From positions 85,757 through 149,756 of the forward strand of contig NIVC01002687.1 in NCBI GenBank assembly GCA_002269645.1: DNA of 64,000 nt, written 5' to 3'. Source of the DNA: Macrostomum lignano. Taxonomy: Eukaryota. A model generated the notes under the pieces. The model was given only the letters and a program-made list of their open reading frames with translations. It was not told the DNA's origin and did no database searches. Made by a program: the position numbers and the translations under genes. Position 1 is the first letter of the stretch; the number at the start of each line of letters is the position of its first letter. Shown in pieces: positions 24,559-38,288 of this stretch.

Positions 24559-26974
24559 TTTGTTGGTGATTACTGATCAATAAGCAGCAGTGATTAGTGA
24601 GAATGCATGGAATTTGTAAAATATTTTATTACCATCAAATTCAATTTGGCTGAATATAATCCAGCTATTGAACTATTAAATAAAATAATGCACAAGCTAA
24701 GAAGTTAAACAGAAAACCTATTTATAGAAACATAGGTTATTGGTTCATTCTGTTTAACCTATTTGAGTGTGTGTGTGTGTGTGTGTGTTAGGAATATCTA
24801 TAAAAAGGCTAACTCTTACATTTATTTCAAGGACAAAAACCTGTCTTGAATGATACAGTTCAAGAACAAGAAATGTTTGCATGGTTTGAAGGATAGAACT
24901 TAAAAAGGTTTTAGAAGACACAGTTGAAGGTATAGCACTATGTGTTGTAGATATAACACTACAACACTGCCCAGTCATTGATTTATATAAGTATGCTTCT
25001 ACGAGTATTATCTATGGCAGATATTAATGATGAAATACAGTTCTACAGCGCTAAGCTAAGAAGCCAGAGCGGCATTTCCTACTGCTTGTTTTTACACTTC
25101 GTCCCACTGCAATTATCTGCCTTTTTTTCTTAGTTGTAGCACCCGCTACAAAGGATAGGGTTGGGTTTGTGTTGCAATGTGGTATATATTTAGATGATAG
25201 AAGAACATTTTTTGCCTAGAACATTTGAATAATAAGATAGGCTTCACAAGGTAGTTAAATACATTTAAAAGACAAAAATAGGGGTTGAGTTGTTTCCAAA
25301 GATATAATAAAAGCTAAGATAACTTGTATTTTAGAAGCAAAGCAATATAATTGTCACAGGGTCTTTGTTATTTATCCCACTATGTTACTAAATTGTGGTT
25401 TACTGTAATCTCTTAGAATCATCTTACCACTATTACCAAAGTTGTTGCAGGGCTGACTCAATTTGGAATCCTACTAAATACTATCAAGTTGTAGTAAGGA
25501 TTCTTTATCTTCTAATGTAACACTTAAATGTACTTTTAACACTGCATTATACACTAGTAGCATATCATATATTACTGGCCTGAGTAGTCTTTAGGCACTT
25601 ACTTAGCCTATGTATTTCCCTATTTTGAAATGTGCTCCTATTGAGGGTTTCTCTCAGTCTGGGCATTACTAAGATTAGAAGGTTACAGCTCATATTTTAA
25701 TAATTATTTTGACTTAGGCAATTCCTTAGATTCTGAATCTAGATGTCTCATTTCTAAATGGTTATTTCTCTTAAAGTTTGGGAATTTGTTGATTTACTAT
25801 TTATTACTCAAATAACTGGTACTGAGATAACTATTAGCCCTAGGCTACTTATCAATTTGGTCTTAAAGTAGTATAGTTAGAGATTGAAGAGCTCAAGTAT
25901 TTGAGTGAATAAAACAAAACAAGTCAAGTTTATGATTTTTGTTTACTTGCTATTATTTATACTAAAACATTAGCTATTTAAAACATAATTATATAGTAAT
26001 ATTCATAATATTTATAAAATATTTTTCATATATATACAGCCTAACAAACTTACAAAATTTATGGCAAGCTATGCATACCATAAACAATTTCGATTCTGCA
26101 ATGCACAAGTAAGAAAACACTTTTTCAACAAGAGAAATAGCATTTTTGATTAGAAAATTGTCTATAACCAAGCTAGAAAAAGTCAAGAGACAGAAAATAC
26201 AGACAGGAAAAGTTAACTAAAAGAATGTTTACTTGTGCCTCCTTAGTTTGCCATCCCAGCTTACCAAATCTTACAATGCAGCAAGCAGTCAAACAGTGAC
26301 AACAAGCACTGAAGTAGCCAAGCAAGCCTAGCAAAACTTGGACCTAAACAGTGAATCAAGCAATAAGTCCAAAGTCAATAACTCCAAATACCAATGCTTG
26401 AGCTAATTCTCTTTCTGAGTTCCTTGAGGTAAGTAGAGTAAATCTGGGATTCTTTGCATTTACTAATATGGATGATGGCTAGATGAAAATGGAGATAATA
26501 ATAAAATTATAATAAACTGCTTTATAGACTTAGAGCTTAGAAGCCCTGCACTGTTTCTGAGATGACAAAGGTGATTGGCATTTGCATTTTTGAGCTGTTC
26601 AAAAACTGGAGCTGACAACTTACTAGTCAAAGGGCTTATTCTACTTCCATTCCTATTTTTAAAGCATGAAGATGCTCCTTGCTTGCAGTTTTAGCAGATC
26701 ATGACATTGCTGCATTGCTATGATTATTGACTTTGACACTGATGATCCCTTGTGCAAGATAAGGCCATTCCTAGATATTATCTAGATAGTTTGTAAAAAC
26801 AGCTACTTGCCTAGTCAAAGCATTGCCATTGATAAAGTGCTGCACATTTCTACAAAGAGATGCTGCTTTTTAAGTAGTACATGCCGAATAAGAGAACCAA
26901 GTTTAGGCCAGGCATAAATAGCTTTCTAAAAACTTTATGAAACTATCTTGATACATTCAAACACTATTGCAAAT

Positions 26975-29900
26975 TAGGGGTCCCAATCCTGGGATCCTGA
27001 GTTCCTGGGATCCCCAGGATCCCGGCTTTTTGTTACTGTTTGGGATCCTGGGATTAGGGGTCTGGGATCCCAGTAAACATGGGATTGGAATTCACACTTT
27101 GCAAAAATGAATATTTTTTGTTTTGCAGTTAGCATTTTAGCACTTAACAGTTTTGAGAGAATTTTTACATCCTGAGAATGAAGTTATAGAATGAAGGACA
27201 GTAGGACTATCAACAATCATCTGTATCAAGCACTACTACTTGTCACTAGACTGAGTCTAGTCTAGACTCTAGTCTAGCTGTCTAAGTGGCGATGGCTTTG
27301 ACACTGGGCCCACTGGCCCAGACCCCTCCGCAGGGCATAGGCGCAGCTAAGGAAAGGAAAGGGGTAGAAAAAGGGGGTAGGATGGGGACTGGGTTCTGAT
27401 TGCTAAACCTGAGCCTCTGTGCTGTGTGTGAGGTGGTCTGTGTTGGGGGCAGAGAGAGGCACCAGCGCAGCATATACAGTCCTAATCTGAGGAGAGAGGG
27501 TGTTAGTTTAGTATGTATTATGTACAACTATACATGGATTAGATAGTGAAAATGAACACTGAACACTGAACATTGGACAAGGACAAGAAAACCAAGGCTC
27601 ATGACCTTGGGTGGTTTATCTCTATATATAAAATTTAACTAAGCAATCATAAACAACTAGAAGGAAACTGGCAAGGAAGTATTTTGGAAGTATTTTGACA
27701 AGCTTTTGGGCAAAGAAGCACACTGTACGATTTGTTTGTATGCAATTCCTACCAAAGGGGGGTCAACCAAAGGCCTACTAATGCATCCTCAAACTCGCCA
27801 TAATATTGACCCAAATGACACAAGCAAAGCCATCATGAAGCCTGAAACTGAAAGCAACGATTTGTCTGTTCTGTGATGCCAGAACCCTTGGAACATCAGA
27901 GCCTCCTGCTGCAGCTGCAGTTCTTTCTGCTGGCCCTGGGCCTGTTCCTTGTGGTGCAAGTGCAATTGAACAAAATGAGCATCCCCATAAACTACAAGTA
28001 CAAGCCAAGACGCCCAAGAGGGCCTGTTTGGTCACTGACTATTTTCCATCAACAAAGGACAATGCGGCCCTTGTGTTTTTGCAAATGGTTGCCAAGGATG
28101 GCATTCCATTTCAAGTTTTCGTGACATTTCAGGACCTGCGAGCTGGACTGGCAGCTTGGGCATTCATGTGCCAAACTCAGCAACTACCATTCGATCGCAA
28201 GTGATGGATTTTGCTGCCTCAGTTGAGCGCCAAATTTGCAATGATCTCCTGAAGCGTTGGGATCAAGGTGAGCTCCTGCAAATTGTTTAGGCATGACAAA
28301 TTATCCATAAATTAATGATTGTATACAAGATATATTGTTCAGTAAAAATAACTAATATGACAGGTGAGTGCTTTGCACTCAGTTTGGACGAATGGACTGG
28401 TGTGAATAACAAGCGCTATCTAAACATCAACATTCATCTGTCAGACTGCACTCAGTGCACTGTCTACAATCTTGGGCTGGTTTGAATTACTGGATCACTG
28501 CCAGCTGATTGTCTCAAAGAAATGTTGATACAACGCATTTCCGAGTTTGGGCTTAATGCTAAGGACATCACAGCCTGCACCACTGATGGAGCTTTGCTGA
28601 TGCGGACGGTCAATGGATTTTGAGCACCAACTGTGCTAGTGCTATGCTCATGGTGTGCATCTTGCTGTTTGTGACGTCCTGTATATCAAGCGATTAAGTG
28701 AGAAGGAGCAGGCCATTGATAGGGATAGTCATCATCACAACACTGAGGGCAGCAATACCAACAGCAACAGTGTCAGTGAGGAGGAGCATGACGATGATGA
28801 GGCAGACGCAGTGAACTTTGATCAGCTAACTGCACCTCCAAGGCCCTTGATGATAGAACTGTTGAATATAGTGAAGATTGTCAGGAGAGTGGTGAAGCTG
28901 TTTTGCTCCAGCATTGTTTGCAATGATAAGCTGCAGAAGTTTGTGAAGGAGAATTTTGGAAAGGAACTGTTACTGTTACTTGACACACTGATGCAGTGGA
29001 ACTCCCTTGTGTCAATGATGGAATGCTTTGTCTTGCTGCATAAACAAGTGCGCAAGGCACTTGTGTGCTTGGAGATGCCACTGCCATTTATGCAACAGAC
29101 TGTCAAGCAGGCGAAGGAAGTAGCCGATGTGTTGAAACCACTGGAGCTGATCGTCCAGACATTTTCTTGGCATGATTGCAACCTGAGCATGGCTGAAGTT
29201 GCTATTGGATTCGCAATTGAAGAGCTGAAGGGACTGGACTCATCCCTGTCCAAACAGCTTGGCTACACGCTGGAGAGTTGCATCAGCGAGCGAAGAAGCA
29301 GCATCACCATTGCTGTGAATGTCCTATCACGTGGCAGACAGACAAAGACAATCTCTGAGTTCAATGCTGCGAAGCATCTTTTAGTCTTGATGGCAGACAA
29401 GTTGAACCTAGGCGCCAGTGCCAGCAAAGATCCATAGGCAGCTGATTGCGTGGAAATTGGAGCCAACAAGGAGATTGTCAGCAGCATACCTTAGGCAACA
29501 ATAGAAGAAGGACTGTGACTGGCATTAGAGGGCTGGCACTCAGGCCAAGGGCAAGAAGTCCTGCTGAATAGGGAAAATTCCATTGAGGCAAGGGTTGGGC
29601 GTGAGCTGGAATTCCTGCGGGCTACAGGGCAGGAGGGGAGATGCTACAGCTGCTGTACCAATCACTGATAGCCATTCTAGCAACTAGTGTTGAAGCTAAG
29701 CATGCTTTTCCCATTGCAGGCATCCTCTTGACAAAAGTTAGGTCCAAGCTGAGCGACACAACACTCTCCAAGCTTGCCCTTTTGAGAGCCTACTTTGCTA
29801 ACCAGACAAAGTAGCTTGCATTGCTGAACATCATGTAGAATAAGCAATAATATGGACAACTTGCAATTCATTCATGGCTTTTTGTGCTGTTATAACAACC

Positions 29901-30382
29901 CCAATTTGTGTATGCTCATAATTTTTACAATTGAACTATCACCTATCATTGTCACTTGCCAGAGTTGCAAGTTTCCATGTCACAGAAACAGTTCAGTTGC
30001 AAATTTCTATTACTGCTGCTAGTAGCCTGGAACTTGTATTGCATTGCATGATTTGCGATAGAAGATATATAGCATTGATGGAAGGCGTAGCCAGTTGAAA
30101 CAGGAATGAATATGACAATTTTACAAGGAATAAGTGAGTGACCAAGGATAAGTGAAATGAAATGAAATAACTTAACTTTTTTATCAATATCAATGCAGTA
30201 TAAGCTAGAAGAATGGAAAGTAGAAACCCAAATGATGCTTAAATTAGCTGAGAAATTTGTTTTGTGGGCAATGGAAAGCTTCCCATCAATTTGTTTATTC
30301 AATCCAAGGATTGGCTCAGGATCCTAGGATTGGGTCAATTTTTTGTCTGGGATTATAAAATGTCCAGGATTTGGGACCCCTA
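26975..30382 (+). mobile_element. Full-length hAT DNA transposon (3408 bp), inactivated
   Basis: TIRs TAGGGGTCCCAATCCTGG / CCAGGATTTGGGACCCCTA. Perfect 8-bp TSD TTGCAAAT at 26967-26974 and 30383-30390. GGGATCC subterminal repeats and an internal transposase remnant. Confidence 0.95.
27661..29814 (+). pseudogene. hAT transposase pseudogene (BED finger, catalytic core, C-terminal dimerisation domain)
   Basis: BED finger WKYFDKLLGKEAHCTIC...GSTKGLLMHPQTRH, then MVAKDGIPF, SLDEWT (D1), TTDGA (D2), CYAHGVHLAV (CxxH), LMQWNS (degraded TRWNS) and ILATSVEAKHAFPIAG...TKVRSKLS (degraded SERxFS, catalytic E lost). Several in-frame stops and frameshifts; an intron at about 28268-28363. Confidence 0.92.
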
Positions 30383-30892
30383 TTGCAAATGAATAGTTTA
30401 GCAATGACATGCACTAGCTCTTAATCAGTAAAAAATACTGGTTGTTCCCAAAGATAAAAGGACTAACTATATGAAAAGCAGTGCTGGGCGTTAACTAGTT
30501 AATTGTTTAACTAGTTAATTAACTAGTTAAATTTTTTTTAAAAATCGTTAAATTTTCGTTAAATTTTTTATGTATTAACTAGTTAACAAAAATTGTTAAT
30601 TTTTTTCTGAAGTTAAAGTTAAATGACAAAAGTTAATAATTCTGGGAAATGGAGTTCCCCGGGTTCAAAATCCGCGGGTTTCAACAGCTTGTACGCCATT
30701 AAAAAGTAAAATTAATACATACATAAAATAACTTCGCCTTTCTAAGCATTATTTAACGCGTCACAAACTACTATTACATGTATATATTTCAGTTACAAGT
30801 TATAATGTATAGAATATTCGGAAGATTCTGGAATCTTCAACTATTATCTATTGATATTCTACCCAAGGACTACTAGAAGTTATCGTTGTACA

Positions 30893-31870
30893 TAGGGATG
30901 TCGATTCCCCGGGGAATTTTCTTATCGGGGACCCGGGGAATTTACTGTCATTCCCCAGGGACCCCGGGGAAAAAAATAAGTAAAAAACGGCGGATAACTT
31001 AGATCTTTATAAGTCACTAAGTGGCATTTTTTAAACTTTGATTAAAGCTTTGGATGGACTACATGTTCAAGGCGCAAGGGTAAAAACTTTAAGCAATGTT
31101 TGTTTAAAACTGTATTTGACAATATGGCATCACCAAATCGTGCGCGCACCTTTATCAGAAAGGGTCCAGACTCCGGAGGCGGAAAATGCATACTCAGCAG
31201 CTGCACTCGAGGGAGGATAATTAATGAATGAGACTGTTTTTATAATCGAAATTTTAATTTCTTGCAGATACAAATAAATCACCATTTTGTCCTGTCTAAT
31301 ACGGAGTATTTTGTTATTGTATGATACCCCCCTATGCGTCAGTGACTGACGCAGGATATGGCGCTGTGCCTGCGTCAAATGTGTCAAGCCGTCAACGCAG
31401 ACCAACACAATAGTCAGTAAGGCTTCTTTTTCCTGACGGGTTTCTACGCTCGTACGTTCAATTTGCTTGATTGAAAGACTCATAGTGAAAAAAACATTCA
31501 AACGGGTCGCTAATTTCATAAGACCGAAATTTCACAACGCCAAAAATTTTGCATGCAATACAATCCTTATTGTAAAGTTTTCTACGATGTGAAATTTCGG
31601 TCTTATGAAGTTTCGGTCTTGTGAAGTATGGTGTTTCGGCGTTGTGAAATTTCGGTCTTATGAACCCCCCCATTCAAACGTGTGTTGTGTTTGAAATAAT
31701 ACATTGAAATAAGCAGTTTTGCGGTAAAAAAGCATAGACAGAGTTTCAATCAGCTTTCTGTGAATAATTTTCTTATTTAAATGGCAAAAATTTAGTTAAA
31801 AATGCTTTTTTTCTCCCCGGGGTCCCCGGTCTAATTCCCAGGGGAGTATTCCCCGACAAGCTCCCCAGGG
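30893..31870. mobile_element. Inner hAT-like element; left TIR present, right TIR not found
   Basis: TAGGGATGTCGATTCCCCGGGGAAT start with CCCCGGGG subterminal motifs; matching motifs at 31815-31870 but no closing CATCCCTA. Confidence 0.6.
31504..31670. mobile_element. 167-bp Mutator-like MITE
   Basis: GGG...CCC termini, long inverted arms (TTCATAAGACCGAAATTTCACAACGCC / GGCGTTGTGAAATTTCGGTCTTATGAA) and 9-bp direct repeat CATTCAAAC at 31495-31503 and 31671-31679. Confidence 0.8.
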
Positions 31871-32567
31871 CGCCGCGACCTGGCCACAGCCGCGCCGCGC
31901 CGACCTGAAATTTAAAAAACACGCCGAACACATGTCCGGGAAAATGTCACTTTTTCTGTTAGGGAATTATTAACTTTAACTTTTAACTTTTCAGAAGTTA
32001 AGTTTTGGGCAAAAGTTAAATAATTAACTAGTTACAGTTAATTTTTTTGGAGCAATTAAATTAACTTTTTAACTTTTAACGAGTTAAAAAAATTGATTAA
32101 CTTGCCCAGCACTGATGAAAAGTATTATAGTAACTTATCTAAATTAAGTCTTGCAATTTACTAGTAAGTATAAAAGATTCTTAGAATTGTTTGCTAATAG
32201 GATCAGCAAGTTACCAAAGAGATAGGACAAATATATAGGCCTAGTCCTAGCTGAGTAGCAACTACATAGAAAAGTATGACTCAAATGTTTAGACTTAAAG
32301 CTACTGGCTACTTTAATTAGGCCTAGCAGTTTAACTCTAAGGTATAAATTGCATAGGCCCTTATGTATACATTCTAAGCCTTGGGCTATGCTAGGCTAGG
32401 CCCTAATAAGAATATAAATCCTATTTAATGCCATTTAGCACTTATTATTATTATTATTAAAAGTTTAAAACGTACATATTTTTAATAAAAATATATTATG
32501 CCAATAGGCCTCGAGCCAATTTTATTAAAAAAAGTTAAGTTAAATACAAAATTTGGATAAAGTATAT

Positions 32568-32657
32568 TTAGCAACATTGAAAAGTCACTACTCTATGCAC
32601 CGATGAGCAATTTCTCTTGGACTATTCTGAAATAAAAGATACAAGAAAACTGATTGA
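32568..32657 (+). repeat. Dispersed ~90-bp repeat, copy B
   Basis: See 22621-22708. Confidence 0.85.
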
Positions 32658-35056
32658 GGTCATAGGCCTAGTCCAGATCATGCTAGATATAGACCTATAC
32701 CTAAACAAAAATTGAATAGATAGACAATAGATAGCCTAGGCCTACAAATGCACACCAAAAAATTAAGCACTTGCATTGCCCTGACTCTTAAATCTAGGCC
32801 TGAATAACTATTAGGCTGAATAAGACTGAATAACTAATAGTTATAATAACTATTATAAATAATAACTAAATTTTTAAGAATGTGCAAGAAATTTTCATAC
32901 TAGGCTGGCCACCATTGTCAAGTAGGTAGGCTCACTATTGATAATAATATCATTATGTCCTATGCAAAAAGTTTTCCCTAAAACCTGTGACATCACTGAC
33001 ATGCTGATGCCATCATGCTGATGCTATGCCCTTAGGCCTTAGGCCCCCTATATGCAGGGGGTAGGAAAACTCTAAGAGCTCTTAGTAAGAGCACCCATTA
33101 GGCCTCAAATGGTGGACAGACTAAAGCTAATATCACAGTTCTAATTTTGAACTGAGCTGATATAGGCAGATAGCCTGAGATAGGCCTAGTGATATTGTGA
33201 TATCTGCAGATTTATGTAGGGCCTAGATTGCAATTATTAGATATAGACCTAGTTTAAGGAAGCTCAGACACTGTTTGTACAGGTGGCACCCTTGTATTTC
33301 AGGCATATAGGAAAAAATTATGGCTAACTTTAATTCAAAGCCTAGAATACTACGACATAAACCTGCACCCATATACCCCTATACGTACACGTAGCCGCTG
33401 TGGCGTCATGATAATTAAATTAGTAGTAGTAGTAGTAGTAGTAAGTTTGGCTAACTATTTCGTATCAAAATGTCGCATGTAGGCGACTTTGAAATAACTC
33501 TAACTCTATAACATAATAAAACAAATTTGCAGCGTTAACACATTTTTTTCTGAGCACTAACGGTACAAAAAACAAAAATCTATAGAACTGCAGTTTTTCT
33601 ATTGACTAATTTTGTTCACAATAGCCTCTTAATTTGTACATGTTCCAATTGTGCAACAACTACATATGTAATCGGTCTACAATGCACGCGTATGCATGTG
33701 CGAGCGTACAAAAATCAAGGCGTCAACCTTGACAACATTCAGGTATGATTGTTTACATGTAATGTATTTCATGTCTACACACTGCACAGGCACATTCAAG
33801 GACTACTCAAGTAGAAGGATGGGAATTACTTTGCATGCATATGTACGTTTCTTGGAAATTTTTAGGGAAAAGCAGGTTCTACCGAAAGATAAATTGCAGA
33901 GAATGGAGGTTTTAAGTAAAACCTGTCTCCTAAACATAGAGTCCCCTCGTTCTACTTGAGTAGTCCTTGGTACAATGTGTATAATATCGTGATGAAGTTA
34001 CATTTAAATATATATAGAAGCCAGGCAAAGTTACATGTATGAGCGTACTGGGTCGAGTGAGGAGTGACCCCTCCCAGGTAAGAAAGTATTTACATGCATG
34101 TACTACACTACACTGTACAATAAGAGAAGCCCAATTAAATATTCGTCAAGTAAATCTGCTAAAATCGATCAATTATAGTCTCCTATATTGACTAATTGGA
34201 CGTCATTTTGAAATCGAATTACATGCAGTATATGTAGCGGTAAAACCTTCCGTCATGACCGCGGTATTGAACTGAATATAGAAGTTTATAGACTGATTTA
34301 TTTTACCATTGATGCAAAGATGGCAGCGATTAGTGCATTGTAGAGGTCTACAGTTCGTCTGCCAGCAAGAATATAACATTATTATCGTGCAGCATGCAGT
34401 GCGTACGATGGGAACACGAAACGAAAAAACAATTCTGCAGCAAACCCAAAATTAGCATTTTAGTATTTGCACATATTTTAGATGGTTTTACGGTATTTTA
34501 AAAATGTTTAAAATCTGCTGTTTAGTTGAATCTGGTAATAGTGCTATCGCATATATAGCTTGAGTCTTTATCTTAACAGGTAACAGATTTTAATATCTAT
34601 AATTCAGTGATAAGGGTTGCCCTAAGGAATTAGCTTACACAAACCATTGCAAAACAATTAAAATATCACTGTGGTAAAGTTGCGCGTCTGAGAGAAAGTA
34701 GAATTAAGAAGGTGCGGGTTATCATTTTGTATGATAACGCTCACATTCTTAATTAAAATACCAATATTCATGGCGCATAAAATTTGGCTAAATCAGTTTT
34801 GAACGTACAAAGTTAAAGATTGTATTATAATTATTTATTTAAACCCTGTTTACGAATAGGATTTGCGTTTCGAAAACTCCCAAACAGCGAAAAGAATTAG
34901 ACTCTGGTTAGATCGCGTCACAAGGTATGCAAGGTATGAAAATGGTTAAATTTGCAGGACGTATTCAGTTTTTTGCACTTTCCAAAGTCAGTATCTCGGA
35001 TACGAACAGAAATACGCAAAACGAAGATGTAAACAATGAAGCTGGGCCACGCAGGC

Positions 35057-38000
35057 TCAGGCGGTGAAGGATTTCAGCATGTTGTAAAACTCGTCCACAG
35101 TCGGCAGGTCAACGTCTTCGAGTTTCAGCTCGGGCAGCTCCGGGCCAGACAGTCTGCGCTGAACCAACTCTTTGTAGCCTGCTGCGAGGTCTGTGCGAGC
35201 TGTGGGAGGCGGGCAGGGGGGTCACTGCTGAGAGGTCTGTGCGAGCTGTGGGAGGCGGGGGGTCACTGCTGAGAGGTCTGTGCGAGCTGTGGGAGGCAGG
35301 GGGGTCACTGCTGAGAGGTCTGTGCGAGCTGTGGGAGGCGGGGGGTCACTGCTGAGAGGTCTGTGCGAGCTGTGGGAGGCGGGGGGTCACTGCTGAGAGG
35401 TCTGTGCGAGCTGTGGGAGGCAGGGGGGTCACTGCTGAGAGGTCTGTGCGAGCTGTGGGAGGCAGGGGGGTCACTGCTGAGAGGTCTGTGCGAGCTGTGA
35501 TAGGCAGGGGGGTCACTGCTGAGAGGTCTGTGCGAGCTGTGGGAGGCGGGCAGGGGGTCACTGCTGAGAGGTCTGTGCGAGCTGTGGAAGGCGGGCAGGG
35601 GGGGTCACTGCTGAGAGGTCTGTGCGAGCTGTGGGAGGCAGGCAGCTAGGGTCAGCTAGGGTCAGCTAGGGTCAAAGGCATTATACTCAGTCCAAGTCAA
35701 TACAAACTGCATGCATTCATCAAAGGTTTGAGGGCGGGCAGGGGGTCAGCTAAGGTCAAAGGCATTATACTCAGTCCAGGTCAATACAAACTGCATGCAT
35801 TCATCAAAGGTTTGAGGGCGGGCAGGGGGTCAGCTAAGGTCAAAGGCATTATACTCAGTCCAGGTCAATACAAACTGCATGCATTTATCAATGGTTTGAG
35901 GGCGGGCAGGGGGTCAGCTAGGGTCAGCTAGGGTCAAAGGCATTATACTCAGTCCAGGTCAATACAAACTGCATGCATTCATCAAAGGTTTGAGGGCGGG
36001 CAGGGGGTCAGCTAGGGTCAAAGGCATTATACTCAGTCCAGGTCAATACAAACTGCATGCATTCATCAAAGGTTTGAGGGCGGGCAGGGGGTCAGCTAGG
36101 GTCAGCTAGGGTCAAAGGCATTATACTCAGTCCAGGTCAATACAAACTGCATGCATTCATCAATGGTTTGAGTCCAACCAGAACTCACAAGCGATGATCT
36201 TAGCGCAGCTGTGAGACACGTGACAGTCCGTGTCCCAGCTGAAGGTCAGCTGTGTGCCCTGAAGAATCGGAACATCCCTTGGCGTGGTCAGCCCCAGGGC
36301 TTGCAGGCATCCCAGAGGATCAGGAGAGAACCTGGCAGCCAGCTGCGGGCAGTTGGAGTACGGTCTGAACTCCGGAGCGGCAACCCGACTGACAGGCCGC
36401 CGAGGGTCTGCACCGCAGCTGATCAGTTTGCTCAGACGGGAATGCGAATGCTCATCGTAGGATTGAATGCTCAGCAGCTGCAGCAGAGTCAGCCCGCTGA
36501 ACCGCCAGAGTCTGCTGCTGACACCCCAGCTGAGTTCGGAGTCGATGTCTTTGTTGCAAGCCTTCAGCACTGGATTGCCTGTTGCGGTTGGTTTTGGTGC
36601 ATTGGAGCATTTATAGCGAGAATATGCGCTACTTTCTACTTGTGAGTAGGCGAGTCAGCATCTTAAATCTTAACTGGCTAAATTTGAATTCATTTTTATC
36701 AGCCATAAGAGCAGATCAAACAGATGGAAGGAGAGACCGAAGGTCTGCGTTATGAATTCAAAGCTTGGATTGCGTGTGGCACACTTGCTCAAGCTGCTCT
36801 GCAAACATGTGGGTGGCGGATGTGGAGCAGCTAAGATTGAGATACGAACAGAGCGGCAATAAAATCAGAGACATATATGGAACCGGATGTCCTTATATTA
36901 TTTACTGAGTTGACTGAATTTACTCCTGTGCAAACTTAAACTCGCATTGGTTATAAAATCTGCAACGTCCTTCTTTAGTGTTGAGTTGCTTCTGCCGCAG
37001 CAAAGGCTAGGAGAGGAGAGCAAAGCAGATTCGAAATAGAAGGATATTAGACTATTTTTCAGCCAATGGCAGCACAGACGGTGGGGCCCTGTCTGACAAA
37101 GCCCCGCAGTGCAGAAGGATAGGAGCGCTGATAAGGCCGCACAAATGTGCGTCTCTTATGTATAGCGACTGGAAGAGAGGCAGCGGGAGAGAGAGGCTGG
37201 TAGCACTTGGGTTCTGTTAGTCACCGCATTCGTTAGCTGGCTGGGGGCCCTCAGAACAGAACAGAAGACTCTCAGAACCCGACATAAACAAAAATACAAA
37301 ACCGGAGGGTAATTTTGCTATTTTTGGCATCTGCACGACCTGCACTTTGCTTGTGCTGGTTGTTGAATTCGGGATTAGGATATTAAAAAGCATCATTTTA
37401 GCATTTATTTCGGTTGCCACGTGGTGTAGGGCGATAAATTGTGGAGATTAAAGATGCACGCACGCGGAAAATTCCAGAAAAAATGAAAATGCAGAAAAGA
37501 AAGATTTGCAATTTCATTTTTGCAACGTCATTTTACAATGAGATTGCATTAAGCCGTGAGGCCAAGGACCCCTGAGACAGCCACTTCAGCTGTGAGGCCA
37601 AGGACCCCTGAGACAGCCACTACACCTGTGAGGCCAGGGACCCCTGAGATAGCCACTTCAGCTGTGAGGCCAAGGACCCCTGAGACAGCCACTTCAGCTG
37701 TGAGACCAAGGACCCCTGAGACAGCCACTTCAGCTGTGAGACCAAGGACCCCTGAGGCAGCCACTCACCGTTCACGTCCAAGTCCTGGCACAGGGTGGTC
37801 AGGACGGTCAGGAAAATTTCCTCATCCGCCGCGGGCAGCAGGGCGGCCTCGGCCAGCGCGGGCAGCAGCAGCCGATCGGAGCTGCTGGTGAACAGGCAGC
37901 AGTAGGCCACGGCTTTGGCGTTCTGCTGCTGCACCGCTTCTAGAAGAACCGTCCGACCGAAGCTGTCGGGGGTGTTGATGCCCGCGAAGAGGTCGCCGAA

Positions 38001-38113
38001 GGACGGGTTGCTGAGCTGGCGCTGGTTGAAGGCCACCACCTTGGGCCAGTTGCCCTCGCGAGCCAGCTTGTGGACCAGCCTGGGATGTGGGAGGTGGGGT
38101 TAGAGACAGACAC

Positions 38114-38151
<38 letters not shown>

Positions 38152-38197
38152 TGACAGACAGACAGACACTAAGACAGGCAGATAGACACTAACACAC

Positions 38198-38288
<91 letters not shown>

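Larger units (their letters stand above)
30479..32114. mobile_element. hAT-type MITE (outer element of a nested stack)
   Basis: TIR CAGTGCTGGGC / GCCCAGCACTG. Perfect 8-bp TSD ATGAAAAG at 30471-30478 and 32115-32122. GTTAAC/TAGTTAA subterminal arrays at both ends. Confidence 0.92.

Noticed and set aside
31337-31353. Hairpin GCGTCAGT-G-ACTGACGC
   Set aside because: Short, inside a TE remnant, with no Helitron CTRR end or other supporting context.
33696-33959. 87-aa ORF and nearby plus-strand donor-like sites
   Set aside because: No recognisable motif, no consistent exon chain, AT-rich background.
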